A stretch of DNA of 62,889 nucleotides, counting the filler, from Polymyxa betae A26-41 (Eukaryota > Protista > Endomyxa: Phytomyxea): assembly GCA_003693705.1 (NCBI GenBank). It is 7 parts of 7 records of this genome, joined end to end, with 100 filler letters (N's around TTAATTAATTAA, not from the genome) between each part and the next. Parts side by side here need not be neighbours in the genome. Positions count along the whole stretch, not along the records: positions 51,191 to 55,023 come from RBZT01000168.1; positions 55,124 to 59,468 come from RBZT01000602.1; positions 59,569 to 62,889 come from RBZT01000053.1; 4 more parts are not named here. One strand, given 5' to 3'. Below the pieces are notes generated by a model, which did no database searches, was not told the origin of the DNA, and saw only the letters and a program-made list of their open reading frames with translations. A program made the translations under genes and the position numbers. Below are positions 51,266 to 62,889 of this stretch, in pieces (the first letter of the stretch is position 1; every line of letters begins with the position of its first letter).

Positions 51266-51414
51266 TGGGACTCTTAATCTGTTAGACGGGAGAGGGTTTT
51301 GAACTGGAATGTGTTTGAAGAAGTGTTTTATTTGATAGCATGCAAGCGGAAGACAATGCTTCCGGTTGAATTAGCTTGAGTCAACGCTATTGATATCTCG
51401 AGATTGATCTAACA
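51266..51414 (-). mobile_element. 5' LTR (51280-51414) and tRNA-Lys-type PBS of a further copia
   Basis: TGTTAGA...TCTAACA 7-bp inverted termini with the adjacent 15-mer PBS. Confidence 0.8.
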
Positions 51415-52184
51415 GCGCTCATATGCTAACACTGATTCAGGTAGTTAATTAAATGCACAACTTCATGATGGGCGCATATTTCGTGATGCATTCTGCGCTG
51501 CGAATGGCTCTAGGGTTCAGAATGCGAGCAATTAGCATCGCACAGATTTAGGCGGATTGGTCAGACCTTTCCTGACCGCACTAAAAGAAGTGTTTTTTCC
51601 GATTTCATTGTTATGGCAGCTAGACTTACATTTGCTGGTTTTCCTGCCAATCATCTGGCTCTTCTGTAATCGCTGTTTCAAAAGTTGTTATGATTTGTAA
51701 TCGAACCAATGCGTGGCTTAGCCTGGCTGTGTCAATGAGAAGCTCTGAGATTCTGTCTACAGAAATGAGGTTTTTGAAGCAACCACAGAATTCATTCGTT
51801 TAATAAACTGATTGAATCCATCCCAGCAATCATAGAGGACTGAGCAAAGTGGCCTGTACATTTTGAATTGAGTTTCGATTTTTACAGATGAATGCAGCAT
51901 CAAAACGCTGACCATCTTCTGACATAGATCGTCTCCATCTTGAACAATATGTAACTGTTAAAAGCAGTCGCAGAGCAGTGCCTGACAATCAGATACAGAG
52001 GGGTTTGTTTCGATCAAAAATCGCTGTATGTCTGACATGGATCACAAACCCTAAGAAAAAGCACATTACCGCACAGCGTTGAAATCGAATTTTTAAAAAA
52101 TCTGGAAGATCTGGCAATAGGTGGCATCATAGTTTAAAGGAAACCAATTCGGATAATTAAATTTATTGCACAAGCAGCATCGCG

Positions 52185-53291
52185 TCATTCGGCAGACTTG
52201 GACTTGGCCTTTTTAGCTTTGGGATACGTCGACCATTTCTTCTCCTTCTTCTGAGTTCCTTTCGATTTTTTGAGCTCTTCAGCTTTCCTCTCTTTTCTCC
52301 TCGTCTTCTTCGCCTTCTGCGGCGTGCGCTTCTTCTCCTTCGGTACGGACTGCGACAGTTTCGCTTTCTTCCGTGGCAGCGACGGCGTCTCTGGTCCTCG
52401 GCCCCGTTTCCGATTCGGGTTCTTGAAACATTCCGATGCCTTATGCTGAGTGCTACCGCAGCGGAAACATTTCAACGTGCGGATGTCAACTCCGTTCAGA
52501 TCCGCGGCCGAGATCGAATCCTGCAGTTTCGGGTGTGGACAATCTGATGCCAGATGGGCCGGCATGGAGCAGTTGGCGCACTGGCCCTTGTCATGTCGTC
52601 GCACCGAGTGCTGTCCACAGTTGAAATGTCCCTGAGCGCCACAGACGAAGCAGTGAAGCTGGGCGGCGCCTGGACTCGACATATGGGCTCGCGAGCACCG
52701 TACGGCATCATGGTGATGCCGTGAGCAAATCCAGCAGAACAGCCGCGATTGCCGAGGCGTGTCTTTCGGGCATCGGTAGGCGTCGTGATCCAGCTGGCCG
52801 CACAGAAAACACGGAGCGCGTTTCGGCTCCGCTTCGCAATCCGCTTTGCGGTGTCCAACACCGCTACACTGATAGCAGCGTAGCGTAACATCAACCGGGT
52901 TGAAGTAGCGTTGCCCACCGGATAGACGCCGCGACGGCGTCCGAACCTTTTTCGATTGGACTTCGGCATTATAGTGAATCTCGTCTTTCATCTCAATGAA
53001 TTCCTCTGCGATGATTCCGTCGTCATCTTCGTCGTCATCAGATATAACGATTATTTCGTCATCGAGCTTGTGATCCGTGTCGGATTCCGATGAAATATAC
53101 ACGACCTCATGGTCGTCTTCGAGAGGGACAATCTCAGCTGAAACAATTCGAAAGTCTGCGGCTCTCTTCGAGCGACGAGACGGGGGAAGGTAGCTGCTGT
53201 CCGAATCGCTCACGACTGCAGCTAGGTCGGAGCTGCTGCCGTCATCGTCGTCGCTGAGGGCGTATAGACGACGGATGGCATCAGCATCCAT
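52185..53291 (-). CDS. multi-CCHC zinc-knuckle protein, Air1/Air2/ZCCHC7-like
   Basis: Acidic N-terminus, RYF motif before the first knuckle, six CX2CX4H-type knuckles, Lys-rich tail; no adjacent pol or LTR. Confidence 0.75.
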   Translation of the reverse strand: MDADAIRRLYALSDDDDGSSSDLAAVVSDSDSSYLPPSRRSKRAADFRIVSAEIVPLEDDHEVVYISSESDTDHKLDDEIIVISDDDEDDDGIIAEEFIEMKDEIHYNAEVQSKKVRTPSRRLSGGQRYFNPVDVTLRCYQCSGVGHRKADCEAEPKRAPCFLCGQLDHDAYRCPKDTPRQSRLFCWICSRHHHDAVRCSRAHMSSPGAAQLHCFVCGAQGHFNCGQHSVRRHDKGQCANCSMPAHLASDCPHPKLQDSISAADLNGVDIRTLKCFRCGSTQHKASECFKNPNRKRGRGPETPSLPRKKAKLSQSVPKEKKRTPQKAKKTRRKERKAEELKKSKGTQKKEKKWSTYPKAKKAKSKSAE

Positions 53292-55125
53292 GACGTCAGA
53301 GATCAGAGACCACGAATCTAATCAGAACGTTTTGTGCGCGGTCCGTGCGCACTTTTTCAGAAAACTTTTTTTGAAAAAGTTTGTTTAGACTGAGGATTTT
53401 CGCGACTTGATTTGCTGTAAAAACTAGAAATAGCCTGCTTCGTCCAGTCATGCAACTGTGTCCCTTCAATGAAGCTATTGGCTAATACAGATTTCATAGA
53501 GTTGCGATCAGCTCAACATTATGTTAAGGGCTCAGATTTTTACCGTAACATGGACTTTGTTAAAAAAAGTTCGAAAATATTTGGTCACACAAGGATAGGT
53601 TGGTAGCTCTCAGCCAATATTTCAATAGCAATGTGAGTATAATACAATCCCGCCAATTGACAGCAAATGATTCATTTAATTTCAAACGACGAAGATCGAT
53701 TAGGTCATCAGCGCCTAATCGGTGAACGGATTCTGAAGAGTTAGCAAAGCTATAAAAACGAACCCATTTATCATATCCTGTCTAAGTATTGCTCCTACTG
53801 GGATCCCAGACTCTCATAGATCGTCCTATATAGCATCAATATCGCTGAGCTGCATCGATAAACTTTGCCATGAATTTGTAGTGCACCAAATGGTCCATAG
53901 ATCGGGCGGTCAAGCTGGATATTCCCGATTCTGAATGGATGAGTGCTATGGCTAAGGCAGTCGTAGTCCTTGTCCTCTTAAGCCCAGCAGCGCTTGAGGC
54001 GGAATCCTCCATAATCGGTTGAAAGGATGGATCTCTCTGAAATCTAGATGTAAGAGCACCTTTTGGCAGGATGATCCGCTGCCTATTTACTTAAGATCGG
54101 CAAACTAGAAAATTCCAATCGAATTTTTGGACGAGTTCATTTCCGGAACAATGGTGGTTGAGGCATATTTGCAAAGGATTGAGAGCTTTGCTGAGCGCCT
54201 GTCTTAGAGGGTATCGCAGTAATTCATCATCTCTTAATGAGACCTGGTCGTGAATGGTCTAGAGAAATATGTTGAGTTGGTTTCCGATGAAACTGTTTCC
54301 TCACTTCAACATCGAACCGCATATTGGCGTTGCTCACGATTGTAGGTTTAGGAGAAGATTCATAAACAGAATCCCCAGGCCGGGACTTGAACCGGAATTA
54401 AGCTGAGGCGATAGGGTCGTCCCATCTGCAGACAAATTCATCAGGATTTCTGGAGCAGTTTTCCAGCAGACATGCTCGTATGGGATTTACAACACGAGAA
54501 AAGGCTATGTTTAGCCATCAGTATATCGTCTTTCTTTTCAACTTTTCTGTGAATAATATCGATTAATTTCAGAATTTCACGAGATGATTTTCAAATCAGC
54601 AGTGTTGTTCTTCAGCGACAAAACTTTGGTTCCAAAGGACTATCCTGTGCCTCTACAAAGCAGTCGAGATAAAAAAAAGGGAATGAAAGAAGCAGCCGCC
54701 TCATTGAGATTTCAATACAGTAAGTCCATATCTGTTGGAACTGCAGCGACTATCGTGGAGTCCAAACACACAGAGTTGGTGAGAATTGGGAAATTAGTGT
54801 ATTGAGGGACGCAGATCCGGTAAATGTACCCGGGCGAACGGCTCTCGCCAGTGATCCCTTTCCAAGATTAGAAAGGGCCACAGTGGCTCTTCGGGTCCAC
54901 GCCGTGGCCATTCCGGTGGACGCAGTCGCCGTTCCGAGTCTGGGACTTGGGCTCCGTGGAGGCTGCGCCGGCGGTTCCGACAGTAGGTACCTATAAGTCT
55001 ATATACATCTTCCTGCTCTAATTNNNNNNNNNNNNNNNNNNNNNNNNNNNNNNNNNNNNNNNNNNNNTTAATTAATTAANNNNNNNNNNNNNNNNNNNNN
55101 NNNNNNNNNNNNNNNNNNNNNNNGC

Positions 55126-55392
55126 GCTCTCATAGCTTGGTAAACTCCGCGGCGGAGTTTTCATCCACCGTGGCTGTAGGCCATCACCCACTGGTTTCAC
55201 AGTATAGTAATTCTGCGCGTCGGGGTTCTCGAGCGACTTGGGTTGTTGTGGAGGCGCCAACTGCTGGAAGGTGTACAGATACTAGTCGAGTGTTGGCTCG
55301 CGGTGGCAGCGAGATTGTCTGTCGTGTGAGCCTTTTCTCCTCCCCGCGTATAGACGTCTGTTATGCTCTCGGGATTGGACGCAATACCAACA
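55126..55392 (-). repeat. LTR fragment, second copy of 1-268
   Basis: Direct sequence match with few differences. Confidence 0.75.
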
Positions 55393-55590
55393 CGGATATC
55401 ACCAATTTTCTGCGTACGCAAAAAAATCCGCGTGACTGAGGGCCAGTCACGCAGTTATTGTCGAAACAATTTTGAAAATACAGAATATATTTTCTATTTT
55501 TGGAACTTCAAGCGATGCGATGGGCCCGCTCAGCGTGGAGTATGAGAGCTCCGACGACTATCCAAAATTGCTGGCGTCATTCTGTGCGTA

Positions 55591-56258
55591 TTGGGTGATT
55601 GTCCGGGTTCTTCAATGTCGAAGGCCCTTTCTGCAGTTGAAGACAATGAGTGCGACAGCGATTTGCATCACACATTGAAAAACTTGAATTGCAGTGACCC
55701 TTATCCACTATCGGAATTCATCGATAACTCTGATGAGAATATTGATGTCCATATGAAGCTTTCTGATAAGGAAATCGTCCAGTCTGTTAAGGGATCCTTG
55801 GTTGATGAACCCATCAGTGAGGATATGGACCACGATAACGAGATTTTTGAATGTTTGTCTCCGGAGCAACGAATTCAAGCTCTGAAAACTATGTCCGCAA
55901 TGTTAGGTGAAGACCCGGAAGCTAACTTTCAATTATCCGCAAAGTTCATCGAATGTTGCAAAATTTGAAAGATAGCGAGCGACAGAAGCGAGAATCTTCT
56001 CTGCGACAGCCCACGATTCTTTAGATTCAGCAACGAAATCGACTGACGTGTCCAGAATAAGACAAATGCTGCATTTTAGTGATTGTTTAATATTTTCTGA
56101 TAAAGGTTTTTGGGCTTTTTTGTATCGGATATTAGATAATCGAAAACTCCCTGTCGTATCGGATATCATCCATAGAACGGCACATAATTTCTGAAATTTT
56201 AATCGGTTATCAGAGGATATCTGATATCGGAGTATCGGTTATCAGGGTAGGCACGGTA
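55591..56258 (+). mobile_element. possible pogo/Tigger-like transposon 3' remnant
   Basis: LSDKEIVQSV plus acidic tail resembles pogo-family C-termini; subterminal ATCGG/GATA repeats end in CACGG-TA. Confidence 0.4.
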
Positions 56259-56274
56259 TGTCGCTCATTTAGCG

Positions 56275-57048
56275 AATGAGAAACGATCTTACTTTTTAAA
56301 ATATGTCGATGATGTCATTGTCGTAACAAATTCCAAAACCGCGTTAACCGAATTGAATAATCGTGTTCAGCAGCAGTTCAAAGTAAAAATCTTAGGTCCC
56401 TTAAAATGTTTTCTCAACGTTGAGGTGATTCAAGATAGATCAAATCATAAAATATTGCAATCACAAGCCCAATACACAGCGGATTTACTAAATCTAACAA
56501 AAATGACAAATTGTACTCCGACTCCAGCACCGGAAATACCTAATTCCCGACTTCACTCCGGAATGAGCCCTCAAACAGAAACTGAGCGTAACCTCATGAA
56601 ACAAATTGCCTATCGCGAAGCTGTTGGCTCATTAAAATACTTAGCTTCAAAAACGAGGCCTGATATCGCTCACGCAGTGCAGCAAGTCGCACGATTTTGC
56701 CAAAATCCTGGTAAGAAAAATTGGGAGGCAATAAAATACATCTTACGCTATTTAAGCGGATCCAATAGACTATGGCATAGAATACTGCGGAAAATCCCAA
56801 TTTCTCCACGCGTATTTTGGACAGGGCGCAACAAATTTTCCGAAGTTCGCCATGTTCGCAGATTCCGATTGGGCAAATGACCCCGACAAAAGAAAGTCCG
56901 TTGGCGGTTTTGCATTCATGATGCACGGCGGAGTTAATGACTATAAATAACTGTAAAAGGTTCACAGAAACTCCCCTATCATCCACAGAATCCGAATGGT
57001 ACGTTACTTGCGAAGCTGGCAAAAATGGCTTAATGCTACCCAATTCGT
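56275..57048 (+). mobile_element. Ty1/copia RT-RNaseH remnant, paralog of Copia-4
   Basis: Colinear with 23301-24070 with extra frameshifts. Confidence 0.9.
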
Positions 57049-57050
57049 TA

Positions 57051-59142
57051 GAACCCTGGTTCAAGTAAATAGACGCCTCGGACTATTAAGAAATTGCGGA
57101 CAAAGTAGATCGCCCATCAATTTAGTAAGAAATAGATCAACAGTTTCTGCGTGAATGGCGCAACAATCTGCTGATGAAAGGGATTTGCAGTGGACGATCC
57201 CGATGATCGAGACGCAAATGAAGCTTCGTTGAGAGACACACGTAAAGTACTTTCAGAGCAAGCATAATCCGAATGCGGCGGGTGAAGGCTGGGCTTTAGT
57301 TGTAAAGGACTGGTGCCAGCAACATGAACGGAATGTTCCGTTAAGCAAGATTCGTTCGAAGTACGATGCACTCCTGAAAAAGTGGAGGGATTTCGGGCCA
57401 ACTGGAACGGAATCAAAGAAGACTGCTAACGTAAAACCTGATCCTAACACCATAGATGATCCAGTTCTGGCTGTCATCACACCTTTTTTGCCAAATCCCC
57501 AGGAACGTGATCAGATCTTGGACAGTCCACTGATCACGTTGGCGATCTTGCACCAGAAGACGACAGCGAGGATATGGACGGTGATGTTGACTTTCCAGAA
57601 TCTGGAGCGCCTCCAGCGAAACGCCCACGCGCTGGAGTGTCCTCAAACGCACCTGATCTTGGCGACAAAATGGAATCCGCTTTCTCCATGGCTTCCGAAA
57701 GCGTTTCCAGCTTAGCGAAGGTTGTTAGCGGTCAGGCCGCGGACGGCTTGAAAACTTATATGCAAGAGAGTCGTGATGCTCTAGTCTCTTTAAAGCAGTC
57801 CATTGATCATAGCACAAAGATTCAGTTGGCGGTGCTCGAAGCTATTCAACAACTGCTAATGGCGGTTCTTAATTGATGACAAATAAACCTTAACAATGTC
57901 ACGCCGCAGCTTGGTTCTCCATCTACTGCTTCGACCAGATCACTTTGTGGTTGATTATTGTCTGGGGGGAGGGAGGGCGTTATCATCATCTTTCTCCGAA
58001 ATAGGAACATCATCGGATAACGCAATGAAAGCGTTACGAAAGATGAGGCAGCCGCTAATGGTTCGCGCTGCTTGAGCGCTGGCCGTTTTTTGTTTTCGCT
58101 CTGGGCGCCACCCGTTTTCAAGGTTGCCTTTCAGATTGAGAGCCGCTTTAAACCGTCGGAAACGATTTTTCAGCCTTCCAAAAGCGTTCTCCACCACGAT
58201 TCGCGTACATGAATGCAGATAGTTGTAGTTGCGCTCCTTTGACGTGAACTCGTCGTTGATATCATAAGGAATTAAACAATGGGTGTACAACTGATAACCA
58301 GCGTCCGCAAGGATTACTTTGTTAGTAGGCAACAGCTGATGGATTGTTCTCCCGAACTCGGAGCGGTTGAATACACCCTTATCGTCTTCAGCGTCAGGCC
58401 GCGTGGCGTAGCTCCGAAAACGACGTTTGTAGTGAACAACACCTTGTACGTTAATGGCAGGATATCCTTTCCGGCAATACCATCCCTCGTAATCATGCGG
58501 ACGCTCAATCTCGATCAAGGTCCCGTCAACGGCCAGACAGGCATCGGGAAAGCCGCAAATGCTCACAAATCCCTTTGAAAATTCTTGCCATTCTTCATGA
58601 GAAGTTGGAAGGTAAATGAATCGAGGACCCAATCTGTCAATTACAATGTCTAAAACCTCTTCGATATACCGCAAAGCAGAGGCTTTGCCCATTCCGAAAA
58701 CTTTGGCGGAATCGACGACAGATCCAGATCTTGTCAGGTAATGTAGGCAAACAGCAACACGTTGGCGGACGAAGAACTTTGCATTGTGGTGAATGCGCCC
58801 GAGATAGGAATCCCATTCAATGTTCACCAGATTGACAATCTCATCGAATGACCGCCACGAACAAGCGGAATGTGTCGCGAAACCAACCTTCAAAATACTC
58901 AGGACGTTGATCAGCAGCAGCAAATTGATTTCGCCGAATTGCATGAGCTGTGCTCCAAGGGCGGCGCCTGGACCTCCCGTCCCGATGATCTGGATAACAA
59001 GCGGCAATCATTCCAGCCGCTAGGGCCGCCAATGAATATGACCAGACCCCCAGTAACAGCAGCAGCAACCGCCGGATCCATTAAATAATGCAATTTTATT
59101 CCGTAATCTTGACCTGAAATAGACGTCTATTTCAGAAAAGGA
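57051..59142. mobile_element. third PIF/Harbinger element inserted in the copia remnant
   Basis: Plus-strand accessory ORF remnant (KIRSKYDALLKKW, ~57250-57876), convergent transposase, 22-bp palindrome CTGAAATAGACGTCTATTTCAG at 59114-59135. Confidence 0.85.
57955..59081 (-). pseudogene. HARBI1-like DDE transposase, frameshifted near both ends
   Basis: GFPDACLAVDGTLI, WYCRKGYPAINVQ, ILADAGY, RIVVENAFGRLKNRFR. Confidence 0.9.
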
Positions 59143-59733
59143 TGTTGAATCAACAGCTATTTGGTGTTGCCGGATAAGAGAATTCAGATTGATTATGAAC
59201 GAAGTGTGGCTAAGGTACCAGAATCTCTCGTGCAATACACGGCCTTTTCTTCAACTTCGATAAAAGTTTATTAATAATTGATTGGATATAAATAGCTGAT
59301 GATAATGAAACTGACATTCTGGGACCTAACTCCGGCGCGCAGTTTTTGCTGCGCAGTTTTCTTGATATGCAGGAACATCATCTCGCGAGGACGGTAAGCC
59401 GATGAGAACTTCAACAGTTGTTTCAGTTTTCATTATCCAAGAAAAATTAAAAATATTTTTTTTTTTCANNNNNNNNNNNNNNNNNNNNNNNNNNNNNNNN
59501 NNNNNNNNNNNNTTAATTAATTAANNNNNNNNNNNNNNNNNNNNNNNNNNNNNNNNNNNNNNNNNNNNCATCGGATCGTACTGGCCCCCCTCTGCAAATA
59601 TGTGAATCGTTTCCTCGACTCACCTCTGGTGAAATCTGAGCACGATGGGGCCGTAGGGTCGTCTGATCCTGTTGATCAATATTGATCTTCCGGGCTTCCA
59701 GATTCCAAAAAGCTTCAAAAAGGACGAGAGNNT

Positions 59734-60381
59734 GTGGTCTGGTTTGAGAAATTTCTCAAACTTTTGTATGGCCTTCACGACCTTAATCTCGATAATCCAG
59801 CTGAATTGTTTATTATGGCTCAGATCGCCGATTTAATCGTTTGCGAGTCGATGTTGAAGTTATGTGATGATTTTCTCAGCGCGATCTGTTATAACAAAGA
59901 TAATGTTCTGGATGTCGCTTTATTTTGCCAGAAATATTCAGTCCCGAACACATTTCAAGTGGTGAAGAAATTCATTGCGGACAATTTTTATCCCCTACAT
60001 GAAAATCGAAAACTTTACAAGATCCAGCAGGAACATTTCTTTGATATCATGAAACTACCACCTGCAAGCAGAATGTGGCAATTTATTGCAGTGTTCTGCT
60101 ATGCGACTTGTCAAGTTCCCTTCAAAGTCAAAAAACCGGAGAAGGATTGTATTCCATTTATGTTTTTTCATGACTTTGCTATAAAAGATGCTGATAAAAG
60201 AAAGCTCTTTCAAGCTGTGGTGCTTGAATCCAGTACAAAGTGGGATCAACAGACGTTGAATAACATCACCAAATTTTTCAACAAACGCGACAAAAACAAA
60301 CTGTTTGGCCGCTCAGCAGAAGATCGTGCTTTTTTCTTCCAGAACTTAACCGAATGCTACTATCGTTTACAAAACACATAA
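59734..60381 (+). CDS. BTB/POZ-BACK-like protein, 5' end unclear
   Basis: FEKFLKLLYG, ADLIVCESMLKLCDDFL, NVLDVALFCQKY and KFIADNF follow the BTB-to-BACK pattern. Confidence 0.6.
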   Translation: MVWFEKFLKLLYGLHDLNLDNPAELFIMAQIADLIVCESMLKLCDDFLSAICYNKDNVLDVALFCQKYSVPNTFQVVKKFIADNFYPLHENRKLYKIQQEHFFDIMKLPPASRMWQFIAVFCYATCQVPFKVKKPEKDCIPFMFFHDFAIKDADKRKLFQAVVLESSTKWDQQTLNNITKFFNKRDKNKLFGRSAEDRAFFFQNLTECYYRLQNT

Positions 60382-61202
60382 CAAATTGCTGATTTTCTCC
60401 ACAATCTCGCTCAATAAACACACCACTCCTTTTATCATTCTTTGCCATCGACATTGTGACTTGCAAAGCCTGTTTAGAGATCACATTTTACTCTGTCCCG
60501 TAATCAGAGCTGTGGTATTCCACTCAGAAATTTCATTGATGCTTGAAATATTCCATCCTCATCTTCCATATTCAATGAACGATTTCCTGGATTCATGGCC
60601 GATGTATCGCTTGACACATCAATGCTATGTTCTGTTCGTCGTCTCATTGAGCGTACTCAGAACGACCTATCCGATTGATGCTACAAAAGGGGAGGATTGG
60701 ATTGGATTTGACTCATTGTTGGACCTTTGGGCAGTGTATTCGGAGATATTTCAGCCTTGATGACAAAAAAGCAGTTCAGCCTTACAAAGGACTTCGAGAT
60801 TTTGACAGTGAATGCCGCCACTGATTGGCCCAGTCCTACTGCTGGGAGTTCAACTCTCTACCTTTAAGTGTCGTGTCGCGGCCTCCTGCTCAGCTTGTGA
60901 AAATGTCGAAGCTGTATGACACATCGATTTTTCACATCATTCCGGCGAAGTCCGCCATAATTATGCAGTTCCATACTAGGCTGTCGAAATTGCAGTTTTT
61001 GGCCCTATTGTTCGGTCTGTTTCAATTTTCTGGATTTGATCAATAAATTGTGTCGTTGGATTTCAAATGCCGAGAGCTGCAAGCTCTGTCGCAGCAATCG
61101 TAGGGCTGAGTATCTTACGGGAGCCACGAAGCGATTTGCTGTGGACCTGAATGGGACCAAGATTGTGAAGAATGAAATCACCCCGATTTCACGGTCTACA
61201 AG

Positions 61203-62056
61203 CAGGGATTCCGGAATAACAATTCCTTATATATTCCTTCCGGTGAATAAATTGATTAAATTATTCCGAATTGGACCGCCGCAGAATAAATTATTCCTAT
61301 TCCTGTCTGTCATGGAGTTATTTATTCCGGAATATGGAATATATTCCTAGAAATATTCCAATTATAAATGCGAACGTCGTTGCGGGCACCGCGGCTGCTT
61401 TTCATTGGCAAAACGACGACCGCTGAAGGAGTGATGCCCCGGGCTGATAGTAAGGAGCTTGTTGCAAAATATTTTGTGGATGGCGAGGACCATGTCTGGA
61501 CCTATCACTGTGGGAAGTCCCGCAAGAAAAACCGAGAATGGCAGAACATGCTGAACCATATCAACTGGCATCACCCGGATACTATTGAGCAGGCGAGAAC
61601 ATCTTCACAAGCATCAATTTCTACGTTTATTCGAAAAAAAGATTCCAATATATTTAGTTGGATTAAGTGGATTATGGAGGACTTTGTGGAAGACTTGCTT
61701 CGCTTCACCTTTTGCGAAAAAGAGAGCCCGAGGTTATTTAGCGAACTTGAACCAGTTTCTGTCGACTTTCTTGAACGAAATGGCCAAATTGACCTTTTTA
61801 GTTGAGGGAAATCAAACGATGAATCTGGATCAGTTTGCCATTGTATTTGACCGATGGACGGAGGTTACCCTGGGATATCGAGTTGATGCATACTAACATG
61901 GAATAAATAGGAATAATTTCCAAAATCTTTAGGAATTCTTCCCACAAAGGAATACATATTCTTATATATTCCTCCCGCCTTCTACCCGGAAAAATTAAAT
62001 TTTAATGGGTCATTAGGAATTACTCCTAGTCATGAATTATTTATTAGGCATCCCTG
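61203..62056 (+). mobile_element. internally deleted hAT transposon
   Basis: CAGGGAT...ATCCCTG termini, exact 8-bp TSD TCTACAAG, GGAATA/TATTCC subterminal repeats, BED-finger and transposase remnants (NMLNHINWHHPD, NIFSWIKWI, FAIVFDRWT). Confidence 0.93.
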
Positions 62057-62390
62057 TCTACAAGCACGTTACAAAAGCTCGTACTGGAGGACTTTTGTAG
62101 GTGGTCCAGTATTACGCCGTCTCATTTCATGCTGCTCTAAAGACATAGAGAGGTTCCCAACTCCGTTAACGTAATCCGTTTCGTCACAGTCGATTCCGTT
62201 TGAAATGCTCCGGAGATCCGCGCTCTAAAGACGATTCTATGTGATTATCTCTTTTCGGATCAGAAGCAATCCGACTCAGTGTCCACTCGCTGCTCCAACC
62301 AGGAATGGGCCTGCACGACTTTACTGAACCCTCACCAAATAACTGAATACGCATATCGAATTTGAGCTCAACTGGACAATCCTTTATTGA

Positions 62391-62792
62391 TTACGAGCTT
62401 TTGTTAGAATTTCCAGCAGATAGAGAAGGACATTGTCCAGTATGTCCAGGACAGTAATTTTGTCGAAATTGATAATGATCTATATGATGTCCAAATATAT
62501 GAGAGAAATAATTGACATCATTATTACAATGATGTTCAAGACAGTATAATATTGGATTTACAGAATCTCGGAGATATTCATCCAGATCAGATGAAGAAGT
62601 CAAATTCTCCTTCTTCATGTAATCATTCATTAGCTGAAGACACTTCAGCATGGGCTTCTGTGATATATTCAGAAAATACAAAAAACTGGAACACAGAAAT
62701 ACCGTCTCAAATCCTTTCATAGAATCTTTCAATAGACAATGAGCAAGGTCTCCTCTATCACGAACTAGTTGCGATTCGATGGAGAATTTCAT
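62391..62792 (-). CDS. hypothetical protein fragment
   Basis: 133-aa ORF with no recognised motif. Confidence 0.25.
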   Translation of the reverse strand: MKFSIESQLVRDRGDLAHCLLKDSMKGFETVFLCSSFLYFLNISQKPMLKCLQLMNDYMKKENLTSSSDLDEYLRDSVNPILYCLEHHCNNDVNYFSHIFGHHIDHYQFRQNYCPGHTGQCPSLSAGNSNKSS

Positions 62793-62889
62793 ATCCGTAC
62801 TGACAATGAGAGTCTCAAATCCGCACTTTTTACCCTTGACTTCGCGATTAGAACAAAACTCCCGAAAATTGAGAAGATGTTTGGTTTAA

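Noticed and set aside
52185-53291. Zinc-knuckle ORF as retroelement Gag
   Set aside because: Six knuckles, RYF motif and no capsid, pol or LTR fit a host Air-like protein better.
54372-54396. tRNA-like 3' end on minus (GGTTCAAGTCCCGGCCTGGGGA)
   Set aside because: Imperfect T stem and no 5' half.
10834-59568. Repeated TTAATTAATTAA within N runs as a biological repeat
   Set aside because: Same 100-nt design six times; artificial concatenation linker.

Overview
Eukaryotic DNA (spliceosomal GT-AG introns, syntaxin, DRG1, U3 snoRNA), probably from a repeat-rich protist; the taxon cannot be fixed from the sequence. The window joins seven small contigs with artificial 100-nt N/TTAATTAATTAA linkers, so adjacency across a linker means nothing. 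About half is decayed transposons: Ty1/copia and Ty3/Gypsy LTR retroelements nested several layers deep, three PIF/Harbinger elements plus a deletion derivative, a hAT element with an 8-bp TSD and a pogo-like fragment. Host genes are a Qa-SNARE syntaxin, DRG1, an Air1/2-like zinc-knuckle protein, a BTB/BACK-like fragment, an unknown membrane protein, tRNA-Ile(AAT), tRNA-Gly(GCC) and U3 snoRNA. The best novelty candidates are (1) a tandem array of five paralogous membrane-anchored proteins (43.0-50.3 kb) with conserved and hypervariable blocks, a variable 7-aa stalk and a conserved inverted repeat around the stop codon; (2) copia elements whose primer site matches the anticodon arm of tRNA-Lys(CUU); and (3) two candidate unannotated ncRNA loci. 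All calls were made by eye without database searches.
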